IMG/VR virus record: IMGVR_UViG_3300034082_004296
Coordinates: 64,001-128,000 of that record
Source: a virus
DNA length: 64,000 bases
Reading direction: 5' to 3' (one strand)
The translations under genes were made by a program, and so were the position numbers. Positions within the stretch are counted from its first letter, which is position 1. Each line of letters starts with the position of its first letter. The notes under the pieces are model-generated. The model saw nothing but the letters and a program-made list of their open reading frames with translations. It made no database searches and had not been told where the DNA came from. Shown piece by piece: positions 1 to 9,584 of this stretch.

Positions 1-1538
1 AAAAAGTTAATTAAGGTTGCTGCAATGTGACTACCGTCAGGATCGGCGTCAGTATAGATATAGATGCGACCGTAGCGTAGTCCTTTAGGTTCTTCGCCTA
101 ATTTTAGTCCCAGGGAGGCCATTAACTGCACGGCTTCGTCATTTTTAGCGATTTCAGAGGGTTTCATCTCACTTACATTGATAAATTTACCCTTTAGAGG
201 AAATGCACCAATTATTTGAGTGTCTCTAAACTTACGAACTGCTGAAACTGCTGAAAGACCTTCATATATGCCTAGGATACATACTCCGCGGTCACCTTTG
301 CGTTGTGCATCGATCAATTTAGGTATTTTTGTCTTATCTAGGTCCTTATTTAGCTTTCTGAGCTCAGCTCTCTCTTGAGCAAGGGCTTTTTTCTCTATCC
401 AATCTAGGACCGACTGTATTATTTCAGACTTAAAGACTAGTTTTGCTAACTTATCTGTCACTTCGTGCTTAGTTCCGAAATCTTTGACCTCAGTGATCAG
501 TTTTTCCTTAGTTTGTGAGCTAAAGAATGAATTTACAATAGTCGAATCGATAAAAACGTATATGTGATTGCGGATATCGCTTGGCTTGACGTCGACTTTG
601 TGTTTTTTCTTGATCATCTCTCTTAATTGAGCGATTAATTGATTAGTAATGTACTCTACGTGAGTTCCGCCATCTTTAGTATGTACTGAATTGACAAAAC
701 TTACGTTTTGAAAGCCATTTTCAGACTTTGCAAAGCCTATTTTCCAATCTTTGGTCTCTTCAAAAAAGTATTCTTGAGCATAGAGCTGGATATATTCCTC
801 AAAGCTCTTAAATTTAAGAACAAAATCCTCTTTTTTACCGTCCTTGACCTTAGTTAGCTTCAAGGTAAGCTTGTTATTACATGCAACTAGGTCCAAGCAA
901 CGTTTAAAAAGTATCTGAAAAGACTTTTCGTCAATTAATCGCATCTTAAATCGTTCAAGGTCCGGAAAAAATGAGATTTCGGTGAATCCACGCTTGGCTG
1001 GGGTGATCTTTGCAGTAGTTCGTTTTCCCATATTGTCAGTAAAGACTTGGTCAAATCGGTTTTTACCATCACATGTGGAAATAGTGAACTTTTTGCTAAA
1101 TATATTAGTTAAAGTGGAACCAACACCATTTGTTCCGGCAACAGTACGCTGTTCTGAGTCATCAAAGTTGGATCCAGCCTTTAGATTTGAGAAAATCATT
1201 TCAGGAATCCATTCTTTATGGACTGGGTGTTTTTCTACTGGAATTCCGCCGTTATCCCATACTGAGATTTCAGTAGTGTCTAAATTAATCGTCACCCTAA
1301 TCTCATTCAGTTTAGGATTTCGACGATGTTCATCTACCGAATTTGAAACAATCTCATCAAATAATTTAATAAAGCCCGGATTATAGTGAACCTCTTCAAC
1401 CGTTACCTTCTCTCCATCATATAGATGTTGCTCTCCAGTATGGATAGCGACTGATCCAATATACATTGATGGTCTGAGCAAAACATGCTCAATGTCAGTC
1501 AGTTTTTGATATTTTGTTTCTATTGATTTTTTAGCCAT
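1..1538 (-). CDS. Type IIA DNA topoisomerase large subunit (GyrB/ParE-like, T4 gp39+gp60 equivalent); 3' end runs off the window
   Basis: Not in the ORF track. Manual minus-strand translation from ATG 1538 gives MAKKSIETKYQKLTDIEHVLLRPSMYIGS...EIVSNSVDE...DNGGIP...GSNFDD...GTNGVGSTLTNIFS (GHKL ATPase) and TOPRIM motifs EGLSA, PLKGKFINV, TDADPDGSHI. Confidence 0.93.
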   Translation of the reverse strand, partial: MAKKSIETKYQKLTDIEHVLLRPSMYIGSVAIHTGEQHLYDGEKVTVEEVHYNPGFIKLFDEIVSNSVDEHRRNPKLNEIRVTINLDTTEISVWDNGGIPVEKHPVHKEWIPEMIFSNLKAGSNFDDSEQRTVAGTNGVGSTLTNIFSKKFTISTCDGKNRFDQVFTDNMGKRTTAKITPAKRGFTEISFFPDLERFKMRLIDEKSFQILFKRCLDLVACNNKLTLKLTKVKDGKKEDFVLKFKSFEEYIQLYAQEYFFEETKDWKIGFAKSENGFQNVSFVNSVHTKDGGTHVEYITNQLIAQLREMIKKKHKVDVKPSDIRNHIYVFIDSTIVNSFFSSQTKEKLITEVKDFGTKHEVTDKLAKLVFKSEIIQSVLDWIEKKALAQERAELRKLNKDLDKTKIPKLIDAQRKGDRGVCILGIYEGLSAVSAVRKFRDTQIIGAFPLKGKFINVSEMKPSEIAKNDEAVQLMASLGLKLGEEPKGLRYGRIYIYTDADPDGSHIAATLINF

Positions 1539-3130
1539 TATTTCTTTGCTAATTTTTTTACTTTTAGTGCGTCTAAAAAGTATTTAGGCACGTTTTTATT
1601 TTCTAGGATTTGGTCAAAACACTCGTCTAATATGTAGGTCTCTGCCCAATCGTCATCATTTCTTATTGATCTACCATATGCTTGTAAAAGGTCCACCAGG
1701 GTCTTCCAATTATACCACTCTGGTCGAGTTTCAAGTCTCTTCTTAATCTTTGTACTAACAAGATTAGGAAAAGGTACTTTTAGGATTACTTGAAAACGAG
1801 AAAGTTCGTCTTTTAGATCGACTCCATTAATCATCGATGGTGAGACTAGGACAGTTTCTATTTTTGAAGTAAGGTGATCCTCTAGTGACTTTTCTCTAGT
1901 TATTGAATCATGGAATATTAAACGAACATCTTGAATAGAGTTTTGAATCCACTTACTAAACTCATAATTCGCTGTGTGGATAATACCCTTATGTTCGTGG
2001 TTCTTTTCTAGGATCTTACCAATTATTGGTACTGCTCTAGCAAAAGTCTCCTTCTTATTATAATAGGACATTTTACCGAATCTTACGTAGATTACAGGTC
2101 GAGCTTCAGCTTTAAATGGACAAGGTAATGCAAGATAGGTTGACTCATGGTCCTCAACTCCCATAATAAATGAAAATAACTCTCGATCAAGTAGTGTACC
2201 TGACATTAGGATCACATGGTCATACTGGTCCCAAAATAACTCTTTAAGATAGAGATTTCCCCAAATGGGTTCAACTAAGATTCGGGTCTTGCCATACTGG
2301 TCTAGGTCCTTTTCAAAAGTCCAATTAGTCTTGTAGTTTTCTCGATCGTTGACGAATCTGTTGTATTTACACATTGACTTATCGACGTGATCGGCTTTCT
2401 TAATTAGATCAATCTTTTTTTTCTTAGCTCGGGTTTCCTTAGCTTCCTCCAATAACTCATAGGCTTTTTGCTCAAGTAAGGGAACAAGTATATCTTTAGT
2501 CCAGTCTGAAAGTTCAGTCAAGCTTGAAATATTATCGAGGTCTCGTTCCATCCAATCTTGCCAGACATCTAATATCTTTAAACTGCGTTCAGAATAGGTA
2601 GAGAGGATAAAATCACAAAAGGTCTCCTCAAAAGCATGAGCCTCATCAATTATAAGAAGTTTAGAATTACGCTCAGCCATCATCTCTGGAGAATACATTG
2701 AGTATGCTGTCACTAGATGAAAATTGGCTAGACTTACTGGGCTCTTTAAAAACTTTGATTGTGCGATCTTATGAGGACAGATAGTACAACGCTTTTCATT
2801 TGCTTTATTTATGACTTGAGCATCACCGCAACCCATACCTTGAGTACGACACCAGTAATTGTTCTTGCCCTTAAGATTGGCTGCAAAACCAAAGTCTTTT
2901 ACGTATTGATCTTGTAGGATTTTAGTATTGGTAATAATATCAGTTTTGGCCTTTTTTGAGTGTTCACCTCGATACCACTCAGCAATCATGATCGCGGCAT
3001 ATGATTTTCCAACTCCAGTGGGAGCATCCACCATGATAAATTTCTTTCCATCCTTAATAGAAGACTTTACAAAGTCCAGTATTTGGACCTGTTGAGGTCT
3101 TGGTGAAAACTCAAGAGGGATATCGCTCAT
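1538..3130 (-). CDS. DinG/XPD-family SF2 DNA helicase
   Basis: Walker A APTGVGKS, four-Cys cluster (possible Fe-S), DEAH box, MSGT, GVDLKDE, QAYGRSIRNDDD. Confidence 0.88.
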   Translation of the reverse strand: MSDIPLEFSPRPQQVQILDFVKSSIKDGKKFIMVDAPTGVGKSYAAIMIAEWYRGEHSKKAKTDIITNTKILQDQYVKDFGFAANLKGKNNYWCRTQGMGCGDAQVINKANEKRCTICPHKIAQSKFLKSPVSLANFHLVTAYSMYSPEMMAERNSKLLIIDEAHAFEETFCDFILSTYSERSLKILDVWQDWMERDLDNISSLTELSDWTKDILVPLLEQKAYELLEEAKETRAKKKKIDLIKKADHVDKSMCKYNRFVNDRENYKTNWTFEKDLDQYGKTRILVEPIWGNLYLKELFWDQYDHVILMSGTLLDRELFSFIMGVEDHESTYLALPCPFKAEARPVIYVRFGKMSYYNKKETFARAVPIIGKILEKNHEHKGIIHTANYEFSKWIQNSIQDVRLIFHDSITREKSLEDHLTSKIETVLVSPSMINGVDLKDELSRFQVILKVPFPNLVSTKIKKRLETRPEWYNWKTLVDLLQAYGRSIRNDDDWAETYILDECFDQILENKNVPKYFLDALKVKKLAKK

Positions 3131-3309
3131 GTAGTAGTTTCTAGTTTTATTATTATCTTTTTAATGTCCTGATGAATCTCCCTTATTTCTAAGGCAAGTT
3201 CATTGTTAGAATCAGCCTTTTCCATGGAGGAGGAAACCCGTCGACAACACTCTCTAATTATCGCAAGTTCACGTTTTGAAAGCTTGGGGCCAAGTAGTTT
3301 TCTTAACAT
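3127..3309 (-). CDS. Hypothetical protein (60 aa)
   Basis: Overlaps the helicase start (ATGA coupling); TATAAATAA lies just upstream. Confidence 0.55.
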   Translation of the reverse strand: MLRKLLGPKLSKRELAIIRECCRRVSSSMEKADSNNELALEIREIHQDIKKIIIKLETTT

Positions 3310-3342
3310 CTTTCGTTATTTATACAATTCTATTAATAAAAC

Positions 3343-4143
3343 TCAAAATTGCTCACTGGTTTCAATTTGGATAGGATGATACCACATTCTGCGACCGTTC
3401 TTGTCGGTAAACCAGTGGCCCTTGCCATAACACTTCATCCACTCATCAAAACCGCTAGGTTGGATATCAAATGGATTTTCCCAATCCTTTAATTGACCTC
3501 CTCCAAGAAAGTATGCCTCTCGAGGAAGCCGTTCGCATAGGTCTAGGATAGATGGGTTCATAGTGATTGCGGTACGAGCATCCACAAAAGGATCCTGTGC
3601 TGCATGGAAAACTATCTCAGCTCTAAGATAGTTGCCAATTCCGTTAAAGTATTGCTGGTTCATGAGCACCAGGTGAATCGGCTTATTAAATTCCTTCTTG
3701 CCTAGGTTAGCGAAGATATTCTCCCTAAAAAGCCTAGATTCATGTACTGGACACGGCCCTCTATTTTGGGACCAATCAGTAGCAACATTCCACCTAGCAA
3801 ATCGACGAGTGTCAACCAAGCATAGACTATGCTGATCAACAGTATTGAATTTCATGTGAGTATGTTTTGGTACAGCATCACGGTGACATAGCGCCCAGTG
3901 ACCAGACATGCCCATCGAGCAGCTGATCTTCATAAAGACCTCACCTCCTTGAATTAGGGAGAGCATGAGCTCCTTGCCTCGAGATTCAGCAGTAATACTG
4001 AATATCTGAAGGTCAGTCGGCTGGACTATACCTAGTTTTCGATTCATGGCACTTTCTGAAAAGGAGATTGATGTAAAATTCCTTTCTCTGCAGGCTAGAT
4101 TTATGAAATCCGCCATTATTTTTATCTCTGCAAGTTCTGGCAT
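3343..4143 (-). CDS. Fpg/Nei-family DNA glycosylase, NEIL1-like (zincless finger)
   Basis: N-terminal PE catalytic motif, RGKEL, MGMSG, DTRRF, H2TH motif FNGIGNYLRAEI, C-terminal DKNGRRMWY without four-Cys zinc finger. Confidence 0.92.
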   Translation of the reverse strand: MPELAEIKIMADFINLACRERNFTSISFSESAMNRKLGIVQPTDLQIFSITAESRGKELMLSLIQGGEVFMKISCSMGMSGHWALCHRDAVPKHTHMKFNTVDQHSLCLVDTRRFARWNVATDWSQNRGPCPVHESRLFRENIFANLGKKEFNKPIHLVLMNQQYFNGIGNYLRAEIVFHAAQDPFVDARTAITMNPSILDLCERLPREAYFLGGGQLKDWENPFDIQPSGFDEWMKCYGKGHWFTDKNGRRMWYHPIQIETSEQF

Positions 4144-4178
4144 ATCATTAAGATACTAAAAAAAAATTGACATATTAA

Positions 4179-4187
4179 AATAAATAA
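4179..4187 (+). promoter_or_regulatory. Late promoter motif NATAAATAA
   Basis: 17 nt before ATG 4205. Confidence 0.65.
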
Positions 4188-4204
4188 CTAAAAAAGTATC
4201 TAAC

Positions 4205-6172
4205 ATGTCATATTTGTTAAATTATAAAAATTGGAGAGCACTATATGAAAGCCAAACTAATATTTTTGAAGATGGAGAAGACCCATACGGAGGAGTTGGT
4301 ATGATTGATGATACCAAAATCAAAGATAAAGGCACAGTTGATCCATTTGCAGACATGCCAAAAGAGGGCAAGAAAAGATTAGAGTATTTAGTAAATAAAG
4401 CAGGAGACCTAGATTCACAGGCGATAAAAAAGGCAGGAGCAGCGCCAGCAACTTCACTTCTACCCTACGATGCAATAACTGACTGGATGATTACTGCAGG
4501 TAAGCCTACTACAAGGAGCGATGGAAAAGGAGGATATAAAGATTTTTCACCAGAATGGAAGAAAAGATTTAAAGATAGAGAGCCTTCCATGAAATTAGAA
4601 GACTGTATTCAATGTATGCAGTATTGGAATGGAATAATTGATACGACTAAAACAAAAAAAGAAACTATTGAAATAAACGGTAAACCGTATGATGTTGCAA
4701 ATTATGACACTGCTCGAGTAATTAGACAATTGGATCAATTAAGTAATCTCAAAAAAGTTAAATCTTTAGTAGAAGAGGCATGGAAGGCTAAAGGCATTAT
4801 ATATTTTAATACTGGCTCGCCTTCAGAATATGAGTTTGAAGGAACTAAGTATTCTATTGAGAAAGACAAACAGGTAACATTTGACCCAAATTTAATCGTT
4901 GAAAAGAGTAAGATTTTACTAGAAAAAGCGAAAAAAACATTTGTAAACACTGGAAAAACCAGAAGAAATTCAAAGACTGATATGCTTTCTCCAAACCCCA
5001 ATTCAGATAATGTATGGTTTGATACAGGAGAGGGAGGAAAATATTATTCAAAGAAATCTAGAGATCAAACTGGAAGCTTTTGGCTATGGTATCAAATAAT
5101 ATCGGACGATGCTCAATTTCAAAAGTTATTAGCTAGATTCGATGATCCAACTTATGTGAGGACAGTATTCACAAAAATGACGGAGCAGGATAAGATAAAC
5201 ATAATAAAGGGTATTTCGGACGCTGCACAGAAGAAATTTGAGAAAGGATCAGTCGGAGCAATGGAAGGGATCTATGGCGCTACTTCCATCGTGTGGTGGC
5301 CGGTTGAAGCTAAAGAGACGATGCCAAAAACAACGGTCCTTAAACCAGCTAGTCCAGGAATTGACGTTGAATATGAAAATGAATGGGACTTTTCTTGGCC
5401 GTATGCTAAAGAAGGAGGAGTAGGAAAAGAACTTGCAATGACCTACTTTAAGAGTGATTCAGCAATAATACAAGATGGCAAGGACAAAGAGATAGACAAT
5501 GCAGTCAAGCAAATCATGGCTGAAATTAAGAGCAAAAATGGTACTCTTAAATCATTAAAGTATAGAGTAGTAGCATCGACGAGTGACGAACCTTCTAAAT
5601 ATGCAAGCCCTAATAAAGTAGCCGCAAAATACGATATTGCAAATAATCAACCTTTAGTTAGAGACCGTGCTAAGGTAATCGAAACTGCCCTAACTGCTGC
5701 GATCACTGCGAACGGAATTGATCCGACCCTGGTCACTAAAGACGGCGAAGACCTTACTCCTAATAATATTCTAGACGATGGAAGTGCAAAATACCAAGAG
5801 AAAAAATGGATGCGGCTTGATCATAAGGACCCTAGAGCAACGGCTGCTACTGATGCTGAATATAAAGCACTATTCGCTAAACCTAAACATTCAGGGCTTC
5901 TATTTAATATAGTATATACAACCATTGAAAAGGAAAAGAGTGAACCTACTCCTGAAGAAACGACCGTATCTGATTATGAGGTAGTAGGAGAATGGCTATT
6001 CGAGATCAAGTGGGCAGGCGGAGGAAGCTACAAGAAAAAGAGAAGAAGAACTCACACTAGAAGACCGATGAGGGGAATCCCTTGGGATAAATTGTTTCCG
6101 CCTCTTCCTGCAGGTGGAGGATGGAGCGTCGAAGACTTATGTGACGCATATGGTAGATCAGGACCAGGATAG
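4205..6172 (+). CDS. Late protein with capsid-targeting-like N-terminus and C-terminal OmpA-like domain
   Basis: N-terminus YLLNYKNWRALYES shared with the 6866 ORF; YFKSDSAII...VVASTSDEP...NQPLVRDRAKVI resembles OmpA_C; late motif upstream. Confidence 0.6.
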   Translation: MSYLLNYKNWRALYESQTNIFEDGEDPYGGVGMIDDTKIKDKGTVDPFADMPKEGKKRLEYLVNKAGDLDSQAIKKAGAAPATSLLPYDAITDWMITAGKPTTRSDGKGGYKDFSPEWKKRFKDREPSMKLEDCIQCMQYWNGIIDTTKTKKETIEINGKPYDVANYDTARVIRQLDQLSNLKKVKSLVEEAWKAKGIIYFNTGSPSEYEFEGTKYSIEKDKQVTFDPNLIVEKSKILLEKAKKTFVNTGKTRRNSKTDMLSPNPNSDNVWFDTGEGGKYYSKKSRDQTGSFWLWYQIISDDAQFQKLLARFDDPTYVRTVFTKMTEQDKINIIKGISDAAQKKFEKGSVGAMEGIYGATSIVWWPVEAKETMPKTTVLKPASPGIDVEYENEWDFSWPYAKEGGVGKELAMTYFKSDSAIIQDGKDKEIDNAVKQIMAEIKSKNGTLKSLKYRVVASTSDEPSKYASPNKVAAKYDIANNQPLVRDRAKVIETALTAAITANGIDPTLVTKDGEDLTPNNILDDGSAKYQEKKWMRLDHKDPRATAATDAEYKALFAKPKHSGLLFNIVYTTIEKEKSEPTPEETTVSDYEVVGEWLFEIKWAGGGSYKKKRRRTHTRRPMRGIPWDKLFPPLPAGGGWSVEDLCDAYGRSGPG

Positions 6173-6176
6173 AGGA

Positions 6177-6779
6177 TCACTCTATTCTGTTAGTTAATAA
6201 TAAAGTGGAAGATATTCGATATCTTCCATTTTTGTTTACATAGACCTTTTGATATACTCCACAAAAGGTAGCCTCCTTCTTTAATAGCTTTGAGTTATGA
6301 CCTGGAGACTCGATCCAATAATTTAGGACACACTGTGCAGCTAACTTAGGATCGACTATTTTGGATCCAATATTTTTAAGCCAAAGATCGCCAACTTTTT
6401 GTTTTGTAGGATCCTTAAATACCATTGGTCCAGCATTAAGACAGTTCTCAGCAATCATGCCGCCTGCTCCTAATTTTACGCCAAATCGTTCAACTCTTGT
6501 TTCAGGAGAGACTAGATTTTCAATAAGATGTAGTGAATCATAATTTCGCTCAAAGTGGCCTCCTTCATCGTATATAGACAGGTATTCGCAATGGTGTTCA
6601 CAAGCACGAGTCGCTTTAGAGTCTAGCTTAAGTGGATTGAGCCCATTTTTTTGACGATATTCATTTATGGCATCAAGTAGAAGAGTTGAGAATTCAGCCT
6701 CAGTAGTTAAAAGGTTTTTAGGAACTTGAGAAAAAGTGATCGTAGAGATCAATAGAAGGGTTAATGTTATTAATTTCAT
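6177..6779 (-). CDS. Secreted CAP/SCP-domain protein (start revised to 6779)
   Basis: Signal peptide MKLITLTLLLISTITFSQ; INEYRQKNGLNPL, AENC, YWIESPGHNSKLL CAP motifs. Confidence 0.82.
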   Translation of the reverse strand: MKLITLTLLLISTITFSQVPKNLLTTEAEFSTLLLDAINEYRQKNGLNPLKLDSKATRACEHHCEYLSIYDEGGHFERNYDSLHLIENLVSPETRVERFGVKLGAGGMIAENCLNAGPMVFKDPTKQKVGDLWLKNIGSKIVDPKLAAQCVLNYWIESPGHNSKLLKKEATFCGVYQKVYVNKNGRYRISSTLLLTNRIE

Positions 6780-6837
6780 GGCTCTTACATTTACTGTGGA
6801 TATAGTTATAATACAATAAAAAGAGTCGGTTTTAAAA

Positions 6838-6846
6838 GATAAATAA
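6838..6846 (+). promoter_or_regulatory. Late promoter motif GATAAATAA
   Basis: 19 nt before ATG 6866. Confidence 0.65.
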
Positions 6847-6865
6847 CTAAAAAACTTATTTAAAA

Positions 6866-8410
6866 ATGGGTGGTTATTTATTAAATTATAACAAGTGGAG
6901 AGCTCTATATGAGTCAGCTCAACTAAATGAGGCAATTGAGATACCTGGATTTAATCTTAAACCGGTAGAAAAAGGAAATAAGCTAGTTTCTAGAGTTTCG
7001 TATCCATCACTTGGAATTAATCCAAAATACGATAATGAGCTAAATTCAATCATGACTAAAACAGTCGGTAAGGAGACAATTCCTAAGTTATTTGTAGTAA
7101 ATGGTAGTGAAGTTGATTCTCAGGCTGAATATCGAAAAATATTTACTGCGCTAGTTTATGGAGTGATCCAATATTTTGAAGATGATACATTAAAGGATAA
7201 GATCGATGATATTGCTCCACAACTTAAATTCACAACAACGATTTCAGGTAAAGTACAATTGTATGGTTCAAGTAGTGGAAGGATTAGTACACAAGGACAA
7301 ATTGTGGAACCGAATACTGGTGGGGCAGTCTATATTTCAAACACAGCTGACACTAAAGAGTCATCAGTAATCGGGATATGTAAATATATCAATGGATTTA
7401 ATTTACAGAATTGGATGACAGGTAATTTCCTACAGATAGATCCAACGAAGATTCTTGATCAAAACAATGTAACTGATTTAACTGGAGCGATGAGAGAGGC
7501 ATATGTTGAAGAACGAGGATTCTTACGATTAGTCAGTCCAGCAAGTGCAAGCATTACTGCTGGAGCAAGGGGTACTGAGACTGAAACTGTTCAAGGTGCA
7601 CAGGCGCAAACTGGTAATGCAGAGATTGCATTTACTGCTGGAAAATCAGATATTGATGATAAAGGAGTTAAAGTTGATGCAAATCACCCTAAAGTAAAAG
7701 AGATTGGTGACAAGATCATAGGGTATTTAGGAAACAATGGTGTAATTGATTCAATGACGTTAACCTCATCTGCAAGTCCAGAATATGGATCGATCCAAAA
7801 CGTTGCAGGCTGGGAAAAATCTTATCCTAAGGGGACTACTGGAACAGCTGATCCTGGTGCAGGAGCGGATGACGCTGGTAAAAACATGAAGCTTGCATAC
7901 GATCGAGGAGTCGTATTTAGTAATGCGTTATACGCTTATTTAGGAGGACATGTAAAACAAAATGCAATTGCCGTTTCTTGGAAGATCTCAACTGATGCTC
8001 CAGGAGGAGGAAAGAATATCACTTACTCAGTTGCTACTAAAAGTGAATCTCCACAAACAATCACAAAAACGACTTACCAAGGAGCAAAAGTATCTGTCAA
8101 AAATGAAGATAACTCAATCGTAGTCTATAAGATTACGTATGATGCGTCAGCAATTGCTAAAAATAAAGATGGACTTTTCACAAAAGAACGAATTGATTAT
8201 AATAAATTAAAAGTAGGTGATAAGATCATAGTATACGCTAAGGACATGAAGACTAAACTTGGAAAAGATGAAGATGAACCTGTCACAGTAAGTAAGGTTG
8301 AAGATAATAATGTTTACGTAAATTATAAAGAAAACACCGATATCTTGATACCTAAAGATAGATACATTAAACAAGTAGGAAAAGCTGAAAAGCAAGAAGC
8401 TGAAATCTAA
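6866..8410 (+). CDS. Late protein with capsid-targeting-like N-terminus and OmpA-like domain
   Basis: YLLNYNKWRALYES N-terminus; FTAGKSDI...SSASPEYG...NMKLAYDRG resembles the Bacteroidota OmpA-like 'ASPEG..N..LA..RA' pattern. Confidence 0.6.
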   Translation: MGGYLLNYNKWRALYESAQLNEAIEIPGFNLKPVEKGNKLVSRVSYPSLGINPKYDNELNSIMTKTVGKETIPKLFVVNGSEVDSQAEYRKIFTALVYGVIQYFEDDTLKDKIDDIAPQLKFTTTISGKVQLYGSSSGRISTQGQIVEPNTGGAVYISNTADTKESSVIGICKYINGFNLQNWMTGNFLQIDPTKILDQNNVTDLTGAMREAYVEERGFLRLVSPASASITAGARGTETETVQGAQAQTGNAEIAFTAGKSDIDDKGVKVDANHPKVKEIGDKIIGYLGNNGVIDSMTLTSSASPEYGSIQNVAGWEKSYPKGTTGTADPGAGADDAGKNMKLAYDRGVVFSNALYAYLGGHVKQNAIAVSWKISTDAPGGGKNITYSVATKSESPQTITKTTYQGAKVSVKNEDNSIVVYKITYDASAIAKNKDGLFTKERIDYNKLKVGDKIIVYAKDMKTKLGKDEDEPVTVSKVEDNNVYVNYKENTDILIPKDRYIKQVGKAEKQEAEI

Positions 8411-8431
8411 TCTTGACTTTAGATATTTGAT

Positions 8432-8458
8432 AAGGGAGTCTAACGACTCCCTTTTTTT
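8432..8458 (+). terminator. Intrinsic terminator
   Basis: AAGGGAGTC-TAAC-GACTCCCTT followed by a T run, downstream of the 6866 ORF. Confidence 0.8.
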
Positions 8459-8991
8459 GGCATTATATATACGTACCCATTAAATGTGGTCTTGCTCTTA
8501 TCTAGTGAATGAAATGTAGCATCAAACTTGATAGATTTATTTTTACGATCAATCAATATGATCGAAACAATAGTAGCTGCTTCGTCGTTGGGTCGAGAGA
8601 TAGCTGCCTCATGGGTAGAAGAGTGAATCCAACCCTGAACAGCTTTCTGTGCAAGCGCTTCAAGATCGATCTCACCGCGATCACTAATGATATTTGTAAA
8701 AAATGAACCTGACGTTTCGTATCTATATAAACACTCAGCATTGCTCCAATAACCTAGGCTATCTGAATGTCTCTGCATGGGCCGATTAAAATTTCCATAT
8801 GCTACTCTGGTACAAAACTTTCGCATCAGGGAGTCCTCAAATGCCATAAATGGAGAGAGGCTTTGTGTGATTCTATACTCATTAATCTTTTTCCAGATCA
8901 AACTATCAAGCTTAGTAGATTCGATTCTTTCTACTTGTGAAATCGAAGAGAATGAAAGTAATGCAAAAAATATTATTGCAATTGTTTTCAT
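8440..8991 (-). CDS. Secreted CAP/SCP-domain protein (paralogue of 6177-6779)
   Basis: Signal peptide MKTIAIIFFALLSFSSISQ; INEYRITQSLSP, NAEC, AVQGWIHSSTHEAAI. Confidence 0.75.
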   Translation of the reverse strand: MKTIAIIFFALLSFSSISQVERIESTKLDSLIWKKINEYRITQSLSPFMAFEDSLMRKFCTRVAYGNFNRPMQRHSDSLGYWSNAECLYRYETSGSFFTNIISDRGEIDLEALAQKAVQGWIHSSTHEAAISRPNDEAATIVSIILIDRKNKSIKFDATFHSLDKSKTTFNGYVYIMPKKGSR

Positions 8992-9046
8992 GGCTTTAAA
9001 TTTAATTGGTTATAGCTATAATACAAAAAATTATCGAAATAAAAAA

Positions 9047-9055
9047 GATAAATAA
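9047..9055 (+). promoter_or_regulatory. Late promoter motif GATAAATAA
   Basis: 17 nt before ATG 9073. Confidence 0.65.
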
Positions 9056-9072
9056 TAAAAAATTAAATTGTA

Positions 9073-9306
9073 ATGGCAAATCCAGTTATGAACTACAACC
9101 AGTTTATGTCAGCATTCAAAAAAGCTGAAGCGGGATACCGTGGAAAAGCTAATGTTGCGGCTAACGATAGATCAGGTTCTATGAAGATCAATCAAGGTTT
9201 AGTTGAAGGTCCAGTTAAAGGAAAAGGAACTCCTCAACTTGATAAGTATACTAAACAATACATGACTACTGCAAAGAACAAGAGTGTAGTAGGTAAGAAG
9301 AAGTAA
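9073..9306 (+). CDS. Small basic late protein, putative head-internal protein
   Basis: VMNYNQFM N-terminus, Lys-rich, GATAAATAA upstream. Confidence 0.6.
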   Translation: MANPVMNYNQFMSAFKKAEAGYRGKANVAANDRSGSMKINQGLVEGPVKGKGTPQLDKYTKQYMTTAKNKSVVGKKK

Positions 9307-9326
9307 TCAATAAAAATCTAGGACCA

Positions 9327-9584
9327 ATGAATAGAGCTATCATGAGATTTGAGCAATATGCTCTACTTGAAAAGAAGGGCGACCTTAAGAAGCTAGTAGG
9401 TAAGGACGAGGACGAAGAGCTTACGATAAATGATGCCAAGAAGATTGGGGTCAAGGTTGCTAACATGGAAGGAGAGGACAAGAAGAAATACGTTGGTATC
9501 ATCAACTTTTTAGGGGCTTCATGTAACATCTATAACGAGCTTTGGAAGAATTATAAACGAACGAGAGATCGTAAAAAAGACTAA
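9327..9584 (+). CDS. Small late protein, putative head-internal protein
   Basis: IMRFEQYALLE N-terminal motif; coupled to the next gene. Confidence 0.6.
   Translation: MNRAIMRFEQYALLEKKGDLKKLVGKDEDEELTINDAKKIGVKVANMEGEDKKKYVGIINFLGASCNIYNELWKNYKRTRDRKKD

Noticed and set aside
982-1386. 134-aa plus-strand ORF and the many other short antisense or nested ORFs in the track
   Set aside because: Shadows of well-supported genes on the opposite strand or in another frame (here topoisomerase II); no motifs of their own.
6780-6935. N-terminal extensions given by the ORF track (also 31203-31277, 44419-44448, 21829-21912)
   Set aside because: They overlap neighbouring genes, promoters or terminators; downstream ATGs give the signal peptide or family-typical N-termini.
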